DNA of 64,000 bases from the human T2T-CHM13v2.0 reference genome, Homo sapiens. The stretch lies in NCBI RefSeq assembly GCF_009914755.1, contig NC_060926.1. One strand, 5' to 3'. Numbering within the stretch: position 1 is the stretch's first letter; each line of letters starts with the position of its first letter. This document shows positions 14,110-31,550 of this stretch, piece by piece. The notes under the pieces were generated by a model, which did no database searches, was not told the DNA's origin, and saw only the letters and a program-made list of their open reading frames with translations. Position numbers and translations under genes: made by a program.

Positions 14110-14425
14110 TTGCTCTGCCTGTTCCACTCATCTCCTAGCTGCTTGCAGGGTAGCCCCCTTTGTTCTTAGAGAGTCTTTCTCTGACTACAATGTCTAAAAT
14201 GATCTCCTGCTCAGTCACTCTATCTCATTTCCCTTTTATATTTTTTCATAGTACTCATTGCTGAGTAAGAGCATCTTATGTATTTGATTTATCTGTTGGC
14301 TATTTCTTACCACCAGAATAGCATAAGCACCACAAACATGGACACTTCACCTATCACATTCGATGCTTGGAAACAACTGATTTACAAAAGACACTCAATA
14401 AATATTTCTGAATAAACAAATGAAG
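14110..14425 (+). mobile_element. L2 3' fragment
   Basis: Ends in the L2 tail motif actcaataaatatttctgaataaacaaatgaa. Confidence 0.6.
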
Positions 14426-15127
14426 AAAGTGATCATGTCCTGTTCCAAAAAGTTCAAAACCATGCACAATATCAACCAAAGGAAGTAGCAGTAGCCAACA
14501 CAAATGAAAACTGTGGGAAAAGAAAGCAAAATCCAATTAACTCCTGTTTTATGTCTCTGTAAAATATGAAAATATGAAGATCTACATTAAGAAGGCAGTA
14601 AGTGTTGGATCAAAACAGATAATGCTTAATTAAAGTTACACCAAAGCAAAATATTCAGTTAGGATGAGGCATATAAGCTTAAATCCGCCATGATGAGGTA
14701 GAATGAAACCTTATACAGTCCTTTAGGCAGGTATAGAAATTGAGTTAACTCTGAAGCAAGTTTATTTGTCAATTATATCAGTTAATTTTAGCAAACAGGA
14801 AAGGCAAATCAATACTTCACAAGGTAGCCTGGTTTTGCTGGGTTTTTGTATGTTTTTGAGCTCTGAATTGGTAACTGAACTGAGAGAAAAAAATGAGGTC
14901 CTCATTTTTGTCCCATTATAGAAAACTTTACCCTCACACAAGGTCCTGGACCCAGCATTTCCAATCACCACAGATTCCTGTGTCTTAATAAATGCAAAAT
15001 TATGCTTGGTAGCAGGCCATCTTTGGTTTTTCTTTAGACTTGGTTCTCAAGGATGATGCTTAGGGAGAGATGAGGAAGGCTGGAAGCCAGGGGCTTTCAA
15101 CCTCACTATAAGTCTAAGTTTGGCCAT

Positions 15128-15546
15128 TTCTATGATTTAAGTATGGTTTGTGCTCACCAAAACTCATATTGAGGCTTGGTTCTCAATGAGGTGGTGTTGG
15201 GAGGTGGTGTCTTCAAGAGGTAAATAACATGGTCATTAAGATGGATTAATGTATGTTTCATAAGACTGGGTTAGTTCTCTCAGGAATAGATTAGTTCCCA
15301 CTACAGCAGGTTGTTATAAAACAAGGCTGCCTCTTGTGTTTTTCCCTTTTTTCACACATACCTGGTTTCCTTCCAGTTTTCCATCACGTTATGAGGCAGC
15401 ATGAGGTTCTTACCAGAGGCTGACCAGATGTGGCCACCCAATCTTGGCCCTCCAGCCTCCAGAATCATAAGCTAGCTAAACTTCTTTCTTTTATATATTA
15501 CCAGTCTCAGTTATTCTTCTACAGCAACAGAAAATGGACTAAGACA
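15128..15546 (+). mobile_element. MaLR solo LTR (MST family)
   Basis: ccaaaactcatattga near the 5' end; cagcaacagaaaatggactaagaca 3' terminus. Confidence 0.85.
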
Positions 15547-16133
15547 ACTGTTATTACATACACTTGTAAGCATCATAAAGAATGCACTAAAATGCCTTTA
15601 AAATTAAAGTGGTTATGTGACAGATATTGTACTCCAAAAGGATAACAACTATTTAATAATGACTTGGAATTACCATCAGATTAGATGCAGGAAATAGAAA
15701 AGGCAAGAAAACATGTAAATAACCACAATTTGCTTTCTGAAGCTTCTCAAACTTCAAATGTATTTGATTCCATGATAGTAAAACAGTGTAAGTCTGTTCC
15801 TAATAAAGTAGTGATTACCGAACAATAATGAAAGGGTCTCAGATTTACTAAGGAGGCTTCATCTCAGATAAATGTAAACTTCTGAGGTCCTATTTTTTGA
15901 CTAACAGAAAAAAAATCAGATCAAAGGGCCTCTGAAATTCCTACCTGCCTCAATACTAAATTAAGCCTTTTAATACATTAAGATAAGTGTTTTTCTTCCC
16001 TATTTCAAATATTACCTTTCCAGTTAGTGAAAATGAATAGAATTTGATACAACTGACTGTGCTGTAATCATTTGAAACAACCATATTACCCTCAGTATTT
16101 TTTTAAGCTCTTTATATAGAAAGTAAAAAAGTA

Positions 16134-16463
16134 CAGTTATACACTGTATAACATTTCAATCAACAATGGCGGTCCGACAAGATTATAATGCTCTATTTTT
16201 ACTGTACTTTTTCCAGGTTTAGATACATGAATACCATTGTGTTTCATTTGCCTATAATATTCAATACAGTAACATGCTGCACAAGTCTGCAGCCTAGAAA
16301 CAATAGGCTAGCCTAGCTATGTAGTAGGCTATACCATGTCTAAGTATGTGTAGGTATGTGTGTAAGATGTGTGTAAGTGCACTCTATGATGTTCACATGA
16401 CAGCAGAATCACCTAAGACTCATTTCTCAGAATGTATCCTCACTGTTAAACAATGTATCACTG
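16134..16463 (+). mobile_element. Tigger-family MITE (MER47A-like)
   Basis: Degenerate TIRs cagttatacactgtataac / gttaaacaatgtatcactg flanked by TA at 16132-33 and 16464-65; internal catttctcagaatgtatcc. Confidence 0.8.
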
Positions 16464-16535
16464 TACTTGTTTAGTGAGCCCTTTCTATGTGCTGATGGTG
16501 GTGCACATAGAGAGGGCTCAATAAATAAGTGAGTT

Positions 16536-16693
16536 TGTGCTCAACTGGTGGTGCTGTCTCATTCAATTTAAAAAAACTCTATAAAATGTATATCTTCATT
16601 TTACAAAGAGAAAACTGAGATTCAGAGAAATTAAGTTTAAATGTCATGGCATTGTTTTGGCACTCAGAATGTATGAACTAAAATTCCTTTAAC
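16536..16693 (-). repeat. MIR-derived left arm of a long inverted repeat
   Basis: MIR core (cattttacaaagagaaaactgagattcagagaa); about 85% reverse-complement identity to 17470-17649 by eye. Confidence 0.9.
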
Positions 16694-17469
16694 GTGAAGT
16701 CTTGGGTTTCTTATCCATACCAGTTTTTTGGTGTCTGGTAATAGGAACCTTAATAAACTGTGTCCCATGAGTGTGGCTGGCACTCAGAAGTCTCAGAAGC
16801 TATTGTGATGTTCAACAATATCTGCTTTGCTCTGTTGAAATTTACAATGATTTCCATTGCCAGCATTCTAAACTCCATCTTCACTCCAGCAGTGGCTGCA
16901 CTTGAAATATTATCCTTACATTCTATTTCTTTCCTGTGATGATGACTCAGTTCATTGAGCACATAAATTATTAGATGAGGAAAGGAAGCAAATCCCAAAC
17001 AGAATGCATGGGATTGAGGTCAGTAGCAATGTATGGCTCTAGTTTGCAACTGACAGTCTAATGCATTTCAGTTCAATTTTTAATGGGTTTTTATTCTAGA
17101 TCTACCTTCTGAATCCAAAAATGTCCTTTGCCAAGAAACAATTTTATTTTATCTTCAGCTCCTCCTGCAAAATGAAAATAGTATTGATTTATAAAATATT
17201 ATAATATCTCGAGGAAACCAAATACCTTGGAACTACAATGTTGACAGAAACCATATTGCTAATGATTTTCTTAAACCCACTTACCTAAGCATTAATTCAA
17301 GCTTTTGAAATGGTACCTAATTATTTCTTCTTCTGTTGAAACCAGTCTGCATCATGAAAAACAGGATTGTAGATGTCTCTTTGAAAAACAATAATTATGT
17401 AAAAATTAAGACAAAAAGAGCAAAAGAGGGGAAAAGAAAACTGGTATGGATAAGGAAACTAAGACTAGT

Positions 17470-17649
17470 GTCAAGGGAGTTTAATTTCATACATGTAGAG
17501 TGTCAAAAACAATGCCATGACATTTAAACTTAACTTCTCTGAATCTCAGTTTCCTGTTTATGAAATGAAGATGTCCATTTCATAGAGTTTTTTGTTTGTT
17601 TGTTTGTTTGTTTTTTGTAGTTGAATGAGACAGCACCACTCTTGGCACA
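17470..17649 (+). repeat. MIR-derived right arm of the inverted repeat, with an internal (TTTG)n expansion
   Basis: 17506-17533 is the exact reverse complement of 16631-16658; 17621-17639 is the exact reverse complement of 16548-16566. Confidence 0.9.
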
Positions 17650-17869
17650 TAAAGAAGCAAATAAACGTATCAGCCATTACAAAATGGATGGCTAAAAATA
17701 GTCAATAGAACCTCAAACACAGAATGTATAAAAAATAAAAGCAGCTTTCCTCTTATATTTAAGTTTTGAAAACAAAGAATTACTGATTAGAACAAACAGG
17801 ATAAAATTCAGCAGTAAAAAGCTGTTACTACTTTTCTAACTCCAGGAGTTCAGCATCAAAACTAAATAG

Positions 17870-20876
<3,007 letters not shown>

Positions 20877-22418
20877 GAAAGGAACCTTTCCACAGCCAGG
20901 GAACATGCCGCAAGCAAAGAGTAGCCTGACCAGAGAAATAACATCTGTCTGTGCTTTGAGACCCATTTGTTAAACTGCGACTGGACTATTTTGAAATTAT
21001 AACTGGAAACCTCACCGCTTAATTCAGTCATCATATGACTCAAATCAATGTCTGACATGTACCCCGAGTCCAGGCACAATAAGTGTCTCTTCTACCCCAT
21101 AGGATCTTTTCTGTATTGTTCAAGACATTTATACATTCTGGAAAAGCTGGAAAAGAGGAGGAGGAGGAGGAGTTCCTGTATCCATATTTTGTTCCTGGAT
21201 GGGAGGAAACACCTTGAAACTGCTGAAGCCTAGTGGACACCCCTATTACCTAATGCACAGCTTGGAGCTAAAGTAAAGAAACTTAGTAAAAAACGTAGTT
21301 ATTCATTTTTCAAAGGGGAGAATCCCTTGTCTTCATAGCCTCAACTTTTTGGCTTTTATTGGAAGACCTTGGATTATTTCTAATCTTAGTTGTGCATGTA
21401 GCACAACTTGTTTGTAGCAAACATCACAAACCCTGGGTTAAATACCCCTGTCCAGATTCAGACTGTCTTCTGGAAAGAATGTTCCCCAAACCCAAAGTTA
21501 CCAAATCAACACCTTTAAACTCGTCTAAAATAGAACAGAACAAGGGTTTAAACAGAAATAAAATGATTTTATCACATTTCACCTATTTCATGGTTCTTCA
21601 AATTGAATGTCTTTGAGGTTTCAAGGAGATTGTAGACATGGAAGGTGAAAAACTGGGTTTAACCCATTTATAATTTTTTTGTTCTCTCTCTGTGAAAAAT
21701 GTAAGCCCTGCTTTCATTTCTTCCGGGTCGATATGCATTCCACTATCTGCTCTGTCATTTCCCCTTTGTCTTTCTGTTCTTTCCTATACTTTCCTACTGC
21801 ATTCTCTCTCTGTTTCTCAAGGTCTTTCTCTCTCTTCATGCCCACTAAGCTCAACATTGATGCATTCACCAAATGTGCTCATAAAACAGGCCCACCTAGA
21901 GCACTGTTCAAAAGCATGGGGTCTGGTGCCCATGCTGTTGGATTAATAATTGTCACTGTTTACTTAGGGTTTTGCATGGTGAGCCACCAAGGTCATAACT
22001 GGAAGGAAATTCTGGTATTTTATTTTCTTCCAGTAAGAAAAAGACAGGACAGGATAGACTCAAGACTCATGAACCAAAGGGAAGGAGCTATTCCATAAAG
22101 ATGCTAGGGTTTGAAAAGCCTTGGGAACTAAAGCTCTACTTCTTACTTTGTCCATTCCCTTTCCCCTCCTCAGAAACGAGTAAACAGAAAGCTTTAGCAT
22201 ATGTAAGTCTCCAGGCTCAGAATATGGCCTCACTTCTGGATGAGCAATGGATGTGTTCAGAATAGCTGTTGATCAAACTTCAATAGATCCTTTTAAGCCA
22301 TATCATAATGCAGCAAAACATCAGAACCAGAAAAAGACAATCATGCATCTTATTTTTAGCACGTTGTGGAAACTGTGAAAAAGCTTGTTACACTGAGAAA
22401 GAAATCAACTTTACTCAC

Positions 22419-22591
22419 CTGCAGGAGTCTACTTGGCTGATTAAGGTTTGTCCCTTTTGCAAAGCATCAGTTGTGCAGTCTTTAATTTTTCTGTGTAATT
22501 CCTCATGCCTCACTGCCAAAACAGCCAGACTTAAACCCTCTGATTTAAGGAGCTTAAGGTAAGCTTCAACTCTTCCAAGTACATCAAATGC
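22419..22591 (-). CDS. CCDC141: CCDC141 coding exon (probably exon 8), 173 nt, phase 0/2
   Basis: ggcAG|GCATTT...TGCAG|GTGAGT. Translates [20 protein letters not shown]...[13 protein letters not shown] plus AG of a split Ser codon. Confidence 0.93.
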
Positions 22592-23489
22592 CTGCCAAAG
22601 AAAACATACTTTTATTTTCTGCTTCTCTAGTTTAAAATCTACATCAACGTGTACACAAAACACTGGCAATTAAATCAGGCCAAACAATTTGTTAGTTTCA
22701 TTGTAACAAAAAACAACCATCTTAATCTTGGAAGATTGTTGGAAAACAGCTGTATAGTTTTTTAGGGTTCCATTTAGGAAACTGATCATAGCTTAGATGA
22801 GCATAACTAAATGTCAATACCATAAAATCACCAAAATAGTTTACATTGAGAATGTATCTATACAACACAAAGAGTTATAACCGCATAGAATTTGGAGAGT
22901 CAGTCTGGTTTATTTTGTGCATTTTACACTGTAAACAAATAATAGATGAGTTATTTAAAAATATTATACAGGCTTTTATGGCAAGAATGTTTCTGTAATA
23001 TTCTTTAGAGGAAATTTCCCAGTAAATTCCACTTTGCTCTTGAAGCACTGTAGAGAAATATTCAAGAAATTATGAATGTCCTTTTTTTCTCTTGCTTTTG
23101 CAGATATAAGACCTTCAGCCTACTCCATCCAAGGTATCCATCTGTCTTCAGAAGAGATTAGAATTTTGTTCTGAAGCCATGCAAAGAGTAAGACCAAGGT
23201 AATATTTAGCTTCTGACATGCAGAAATAGGATTATGCATAAAAAACATAGCCTTGCAAACCAAGATATTGTCTTGAGAGAAGATTTTAAAATTCCTTTAT
23301 TTTCTTCCTTTATTAGCAGATCAACAACCCAGCATGCAGGATTAAGCTTATAGAATTAACATAAAATAGAGAGGAGTTAGCCACTGGGCCATTAAGGCTT
23401 AGCTGGTATTAAGATGGAGGAGTGTATGATACAAAGGCAATGAAAGAATACTGTGGGTATATGAGGAGAAAGGGAGAAAGCAGAGCGCA

Positions 23490-24010
23490 GTCATCTTTGT
23501 AGGTCTCCTGATATCTCACCTAATGTCTCTAGGAATAATTTTGACCTAGAAAACAAATGGTACATTGAAGAAAATCTGAATGGCATGGGAGGTCTTGCCA
23601 CATTGCCCTTTAGCACTACTGAAAGAAGCCACCTTATGGAATGTTCCATACCAATCTGGAAAATAGTCCTAACACAGTCAGCTGGGCAGTGCTGTGTAGT
23701 CAGGCAGGGCCTTGAAGTGTAGCCTCCCTGGGTTGCTGAGTTGGAAGCCAGTGAGCTTGCCAGGAGCTGACCAGTAGAGCAGGAAGACCCCACAGAAGAC
23801 TCTAGGTAAGGATCCCAGAGCAAAAGAAATGAGAACAGGTGGGCTCATGAGTCCAGTACCACTAAGACCTGAAGGAGACCAGGCGAGCAAGGTTGAGCTG
23901 GTGCTGGGGCAACACAGGCGAAGCCAAATGTAGAGGCTATGGTCATGGAGGTACACAAATGCGCTCATGCCCCTGTGCCTGCTGCCATCTCAGGGGGTGA
24001 GATCTAGTGG
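23490..24010. mobile_element. Possible ancient LTR-like fragment (family not assigned)
   Basis: GC-richer ~500-bp block in an AT-rich background; no diagnostic termini recognised. Confidence 0.3.
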
Positions 24011-24695
24011 CAGAATTGGAACTGGACAAAATTCAAAGTTATGAATGAAATCACTCAAACAGCGTCTTACTACTTATACACCGATATTCTATTTTCCCAC
24101 CAATGTCCTCATGTCTCCCATGTCTGCAATTCTGTTTATTTAGAATATTTAAAACAAAATCATTCTCACTTATTTAGCAGTGAAGAGAAAGTTATAATAA
24201 TAACTATAGTTTAATAAGAATGGACTACATGCTTGCTTCAATACTGTGTGTTGCACAATTCTTATTCAGTCAATGAATATTGAATGCCTGCTTAGTTCCA
24301 GGCACATTCTCCTTAACAGTCCTAAGAGGAAGTAAGAAATTATCCCCATTATATGACTGGGAAAACTGAGTCTCAGAGAGGTTAAATAAATTGCAGAAAG
24401 TGACACTTCTACCAAGGAGCAGATTTGGGATTTATACCCAATTTCCTGACTCTGAGACCACTGCTCTTAAATCCTGGGCTGTGGTGCCATGTGGCAAAAG
24501 ATTACCTTGGAAGACTTAAGAAGGAAGGGCTATGTCAGAGAAAGTTGTAATCTTGGGCGGAAAAGGAGGGATTTTAAAACTTACTTTTTGTAAATATGTC
24601 TCTGCCTTTCCTTCTTATAGGTTAGAAAAGATACAGAGAAAGGTTGAGAGATTTCTCTTATACTATAGGACTGTAAAAGAAAGAGAACTTAATTA

Positions 24696-25130
<435 letters not shown>

Positions 25131-25268
25131 GAAGATGATTTAATGACTTTCCCTATCCTTCCATAACCCATCGAAACATCATTTGCCAATAACCACTGTT
25201 TCTGAACATTTTAAATACATTTTAAAATTTGTATTACTTATTTTGAATAAAGCGGAGTTTGTTGTTAA

Positions 25269-25581
<313 letters not shown>

Positions 25582-28500
25582 GAGGGTTAGTTTTAAAGTC
25601 AAATGCCTAAAGCAAAAATCTGGCATAGTCAAAATCATCTTCAACTCCCTTAAATCACCCTTAAAGTTTAATATATGTGAATTAGTGCATGTAGTAACAC
25701 ATATTCACATTTAGAATTGAGAACCCCTGAGCTACACTAAAGGAAGAAATAAAATGAAAGTCTCTATGTAAATGTCACAGCCTTCTTGCCTTTCTTCCTT
25801 AAGATAATTCTCAAGTTTTCAGTGTGAATGGAGAAAGAATAGAAAATTCCAAAGTGCTTTTTCTTGCCTACACATTTAACCCCATTTTCTAATATAAAGC
25901 TACTATAACCTTAATACATGTCATGTTTGTTGTTTTGAGAATTAGGAAGAAAAATATATAAAAGTAAGTGGGTTTCATGGCAAACATATAGTAGGTACTT
26001 GGAAAATACTGGCTGTTATTCTAAATCCTGATTGATTGAGCCCATCTTTAAAAAGTGACTGAGAAGAGCATGGCCACCTGGTGCCTGTCATTCATCCCAC
26101 ATGGGCCTTTCCTCTGTGGCTCCACTGAACATCTGCCACTCTCAAATCCTCAGGCATTGGTCTCATCTTTATTGGAATTAGATGCCAAAACCACAACATC
26201 ATTGAATGCATGTGAGATACCACTCCACCCTCTTCTGAATGTTATAATAAAAGTATTACTTCCTAATAAAATGGAAATAAATTGAAAGACTAAGCATTCA
26301 CTAGAAGGAGGGAATGATATATCAAGGACAAAGATAGCCCATAATGAGAATCAAAATAGTCAAATTATCTTCCAGAGCTTTTTCTCAAATGTGTAAGGAA
26401 AATATTTACTATAAATTGTTCTGTGTATCACACTTAATAGAACTACAGCAGTAGAAAGGAGGTAAGTGATTTTACTCCTTCATTAGCTCAACAAATACAT
26501 TTGTAGAATACCTATTGGTACGATGGGCTGGATACTGACCTCAATCCTAACCAACCCGTAATAGGAATAATCTGCAGACATAGAAATAAGAGTTAAATTT
26601 CTGGACTTTAACAGGAAGCTACTTTCAAGAAGACTATACTGTCTGTGATTGTCTGAATTATACACAAAGCTCATCTCTCTTATTCCCATGCAGAATTTGC
26701 CAGTTCCATGTGCCAGTTCCAGAAATGATCTAAGTATCATTGCTCTCACTTAATCTACCCTCAAAATAGAACTGAGTGCTTTTCTATTTACCATACCCAT
26801 AAAGAACCTGATATATCGGACCCAGCCTGGAAAGACTCCCTTTGTTGCACACACAGTACAGAACATATTATTTCTGGCAATAAGAACACTGTGACCCCCA
26901 TGTAAACTCCTTTGGAAGCAGTGTTTTCCCTTTGGTCTTTTTTCCTTCATATATCTCTCTTCAAACCTTATACGTGCAAGTCAAATAAAGCTACTATGAC
27001 TGGATTGGGAAAAAAGGATATAGGACAAGGATAATATTTTATCCCTCTGGTTCCTAGCTCTTCTTGAACATTTTATATGTACTATTCAGTTTTTAGGCAG
27101 ATAAGAAGATGAATCAGCTCTTTTCGGTCTTGTTTTGGTAAAGACTAAGGAGTTGCTTGGTGTTTGTTCTTTACAAAACCAATAAAGACCTTTCCTTTTT
27201 CACTTGTTTAGTACAGGACCCAAGGCAGCCTGCACCAAATCAAATAGAGATAGTATCAGGACATGGCACATTTCATTCTTTTAAAAATATCTGCAAGACG
27301 AATTCAAACAAGAGCCGTGAGTCATCTAGCAGAATTCTATCATGCTGTTTCACAAAGGTGTTTAATAAGTAATGTTGTTTGCTTCTTGACTAATCAACTT
27401 GAAGAGAGTCAACATTAAACACGAACAACAACAGAAAGAAAACAGCAGAACCTAGAAAATTTCCTTCCACGAGTCTAGTGGCTGGAGAGAGTTTTGTTGG
27501 AATGCTTATAACTACCAAAAACACAAAACTCAGCTAAGTGCTGAGTTGAGTCTAATTAGTGCTTCTAATTAGAGCACCAGATTCCATTACCTGTAGAGAT
27601 TCAGATTTCCCTTAGGTTCTGTTACAAAGACCAAAAGCTTCAGTTTCCTTTCCTACACATCACCTGAGAGAACTTCTGGTGGTTCCCACTCTGGGGAACT
27701 GATTCCTAATTCAGGTCCTCCCCACATCTGCCCAAGCTTTCAAATGCCCTGAAGGCCAGAATATAGGGGTGATGTGATTTTTAAGCTCCCAATATTTGCT
27801 GTCCTCTGCTGCAGCTCCAGCTTATTCCTTGCCTGTCAAAGGCAGTTGCTGCTGGACCTCAGAGCTCCCTCCTTGTTCCAGGGTGAATTCATGGTATTAA
27901 TGAGAGGTATTAAATGCCATTAGCACCTATGGAAGCTTTTGTCTCATAATCTGGAAAGCTGAGAAAACACTGGAATAAAAGAGGTTTGGGATTGAAAGTG
28001 GTATGTATCTGAAGCATTTTATCAACAAGGAATGGAGGAAGTTTATGCATTGACCATCTCTTGTTCTGAGGAATACAACTAGACCCATTCAATAGCACTT
28101 TAGGCAGCTAGTCACTATTTATAATTTCTGTTTTCTTTTCTCTAAGTTGACCTAAATGACTTTAAGATGATCTTGGGAATATTAATGTAGAAAATGTCCA
28201 TTTATAATGTGTAAAGCACTTATTTTTACACTTATTCAAAAAACATTGAAATTTATGGACTATGTACTCAGCTACGTGCTGGGAATGTGAAAATGAACAA
28301 AAGCATTACATCACATTAGAGATATAAAGACAAAATACTGCCTAGCAATTAGTGAGTGCTTAGCAGTTCTGTGCTGTAGCCACGTATTAACTTACTTAGA
28401 CAGCACAATGTCCTTGTAAGGTACCAATAGTACTTCTATTTTACAGGTTAAAAAAGCCAATGCACAGGGAAGTTAAGTGACTGCCCAAGGTCATAGAGCT

Positions 28501-29809
28501 AATAAATGTCCAAGATCAGATTCATACTCAGGCATTCTGGCTCCAAAATCTACTGTTATTTTGGCAAAGTGTAATGCTAGCAAACATTTCTAATTTTCAC
28601 TTAATACCCTACAATTCCATTTATTTTACACTCCAACTGTATCCCAAAAAGATTGTGTACAATTTATCACCAACTATAAGAACTTTTATTATTGAATGAG
28701 ACTCTCTGAAGTAGATGAGGAATATTAGACTGATTTTATAAAAGAGAAAACTCAAGCTCAAAATGTAAATTGATTTGTCACATGGCCAGTCATTTATTCA
28801 TTCATCCGACAAAAGTTTTTTGAACCTATGTGACACACAAAGAAGATTAGGACATAATCTCTCTCTAAGGCATACAGAGAAATATTATGGAAATGATACA
28901 AAACAAGCAATTAGTGCTGCCTGGAGATGTCTCAGAGGAGGCACTATGTGTAGATGACAAGCCCTTTACACAGCAAGACCTGCCTTCTCAGATATGATGC
29001 AGAGATGAAGCTTAAAATTTGTGTTCCTTGTATATTAAAGTAATTAAATTATCTTCTTTCAAAATGGTCAAGTCCCAAGTACCTTGGATCAATATAATCT
29101 CCTATGAACAATTTCATGTAGTTGGCCTTGAAACTCTACAGTTTATAATATTTCACTGCTCTTAGTCATTCAAATAATTATTGAACACCCACTAACTAGA
29201 AGTCACTGTTCTAGGTGTTCTGGTGAACACAAAGTGAAAAGGACATGTTTCTTACCCTCAAGAAATTTTAATTTAGCAAAAGAAATCTACCCAGAAATAA
29301 ATATCTATAATACTAAGCAGAATGTGCTTACTGCCAACAGAGAGATGCAACAATCTGATACTGCACATAGAAGAGAAACCAATTAATACACTCTTACGTT
29401 AGAAATCCATTGACAGCTTAAATGTGAAAGGTATTCATGAGTGAGGACAATAAAATTGAATGTCTTGATTATCAGACTATTAGATATGAACTGAGTTGTG
29501 AGCTCTCATGAGACACTTAAGATGTTAAAGATGTTTCTTTTTCTATAATTTTTCTATGATATATCTATTTTAATAATTGTATGCTAATAATGTAGCCATA
29601 TTTATCAAATACTTGCTGTGGTTTAAACAGCCTGACCTCTGTGCTCTAAAATCAAAGGTTTCTAAACACTACACTCATCACTCTGTCATAGGGAGTACAG
29701 GAAGAGGGTAAATTAAGACATCATCTGTTTCTTGTGGTGAGGTTTGCATCATCATGACTTTTTCAATTCTTAAATATCTCTGCATATATAAAGACATGTT
29801 CAGCATAAA

Positions 29810-30270
29810 ATAGAAACTCCTTAGCATGCTATTCAAAATGCTTCCTGATCTCCCCACCTGCTTCTACCACCTTTGTCTCTCATCACTTTAGGTGTACACC
29901 CTACATTCCTGGCGAATTGAATTATCTTAGGTTCCCCAAACATGGCATGACTTTGTACCATCCAGCCCTTCCTCGGCCCTTCTTGCCCCATCCTTTCAAA
30001 CTTATCTCAGTGATCACCTCCTCTGGGGAGCCTTCCTTGACTCTTTTTCCCTGAGCCAGGTTAAGGGTCTCTGCTCTGTGTGTTCTAATGCTTTGGGCTT
30101 TCTCCATCATAGCTTTCCCACAACCCAGTGCACCTCTGTTCCCTGGCCTCTCATCTAAACTTGACTGAGAAGGTCTGGAAAGCAGGGATTATATCTTTCA
30201 TTGCTTTCGCTCAAGTACCCATTTGATGCATGGCAAGAATAGGAACACAACATACTAGCTGAATGCAAAT
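29810..30270 (+). mobile_element. L2 fragment
   Basis: aaactccttagcatgctattcaa...atcacctcctctggggagccttccttgac motifs. Confidence 0.65.
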
Positions 30271-31532
30271 ATGGAAGAAGAGAGGGAGGGAACATAAGTG
30301 GCTTTAGTTATTTCTAAGAGAAAGGGGAGTTGTTCTGAAAAAGAGGAATTTAAGACAGGCTGCTGAGGAATTATGAAACTGAAAGTAATTATATTTTCCT
30401 TGATATCTAATAACATTTAGCCTATTACTTGAATTCATTTATATTACCTCAATAAATTCCTTCTGCATAGTATTTTTTTAGGTACTCTACTTGGGCAGGT
30501 TTTCTTAAAATTTCAATCTATACAACAACTGGACCATTTTAATTATTTTTTTTTCATCAGCTGGGCCTAAAATGTGTTTATTTTGAAAATGTTAATATCC
30601 CATATATATCACGTATATATAAATGAAAAAAGTATACAAATTCCATGCTTAATTATTTTGTTTGCATCTGAAACAATGATGTTGCTATAAGCATTACTAT
30701 GGATCACTGTAAATATCTTGAAAAAGCAACATCATCTTCTTAAAGGACATTAATGTTTCAATAGCTATGGCAGAAACAATGGAAGCTATGACAATTGTTA
30801 CATTTCAAACTACTTTTTGTGTGTTTCTTTGGCCACCCCAACTTTTGCTTCATCTTTGCTTTCAGGCTGACCACCCAAAAATCAGACCATGTTCATAAAA
30901 TGGATTTGGCCTCAGTTTCCTCTGCTTGCTTTCTTCAATGAAATCATGTGCCTGGAAATGGAAGGCATAGGACACGATACATTATGACCAATCAGTCATG
31001 TTTTACAGTTTTGGGTTCAATTGCAGCTGTCCTGTAAATACAGGCTCACCTCATTCTGTTTTTGAAACATATTGTATATTTATCTCTGATTCAAACTACA
31101 TTCCCTTAACAATGATAAATACGTTTGGGGTGATCAATAAATATCAACCATAGCTTAGCTTGTTTTCTGTGAACACACTAGAAGTATAATAAATAAGATA
31201 ATCTATAATCCCGAAGGATGAATATTTTGGAGGATCGAGATGAGTTATTCTAATAGGTGCTATATTCATATTTCATGCCATGTTCTCATAAGTCTTAGTA
31301 ACATCTGATAATTAGAGGAACTTTTCTCCAATCAACTATTAGTCAATGTCGACAACTGACACTTACTTGTATATTCTGCTAAGCGATTTGACAAATAGGT
31401 TCATTCACCAAACACATTAGGAAACTCTAAAAAGAACAGGAAGTATATCAGATTCTTGAGTTATATGGCTCACTCCACTTGAATCCAGTGGTTGGTTTAC
31501 AGCAAGCAGCAAGTTCCTAATGCTGTCTCAAC

Positions 31533-31550
31533 ATCGCCACCTGCTGCTCA
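31533..31550 (-). promoter_or_regulatory. Candidate CTCF site
   Basis: Minus strand TGAGCAGCAGGTGGCGAT matches the CCAGCAGGTGGCG core with one mismatch; also contains an E-box. Motif match only. Confidence 0.45.

Noticed and set aside
16750-16998. 82-aa minus-strand ORF inside the inverted-repeat loop
   Set aside because: Non-ATG start, no recognisable homology, no convincing splice sites; the flanking exons already join in frame.
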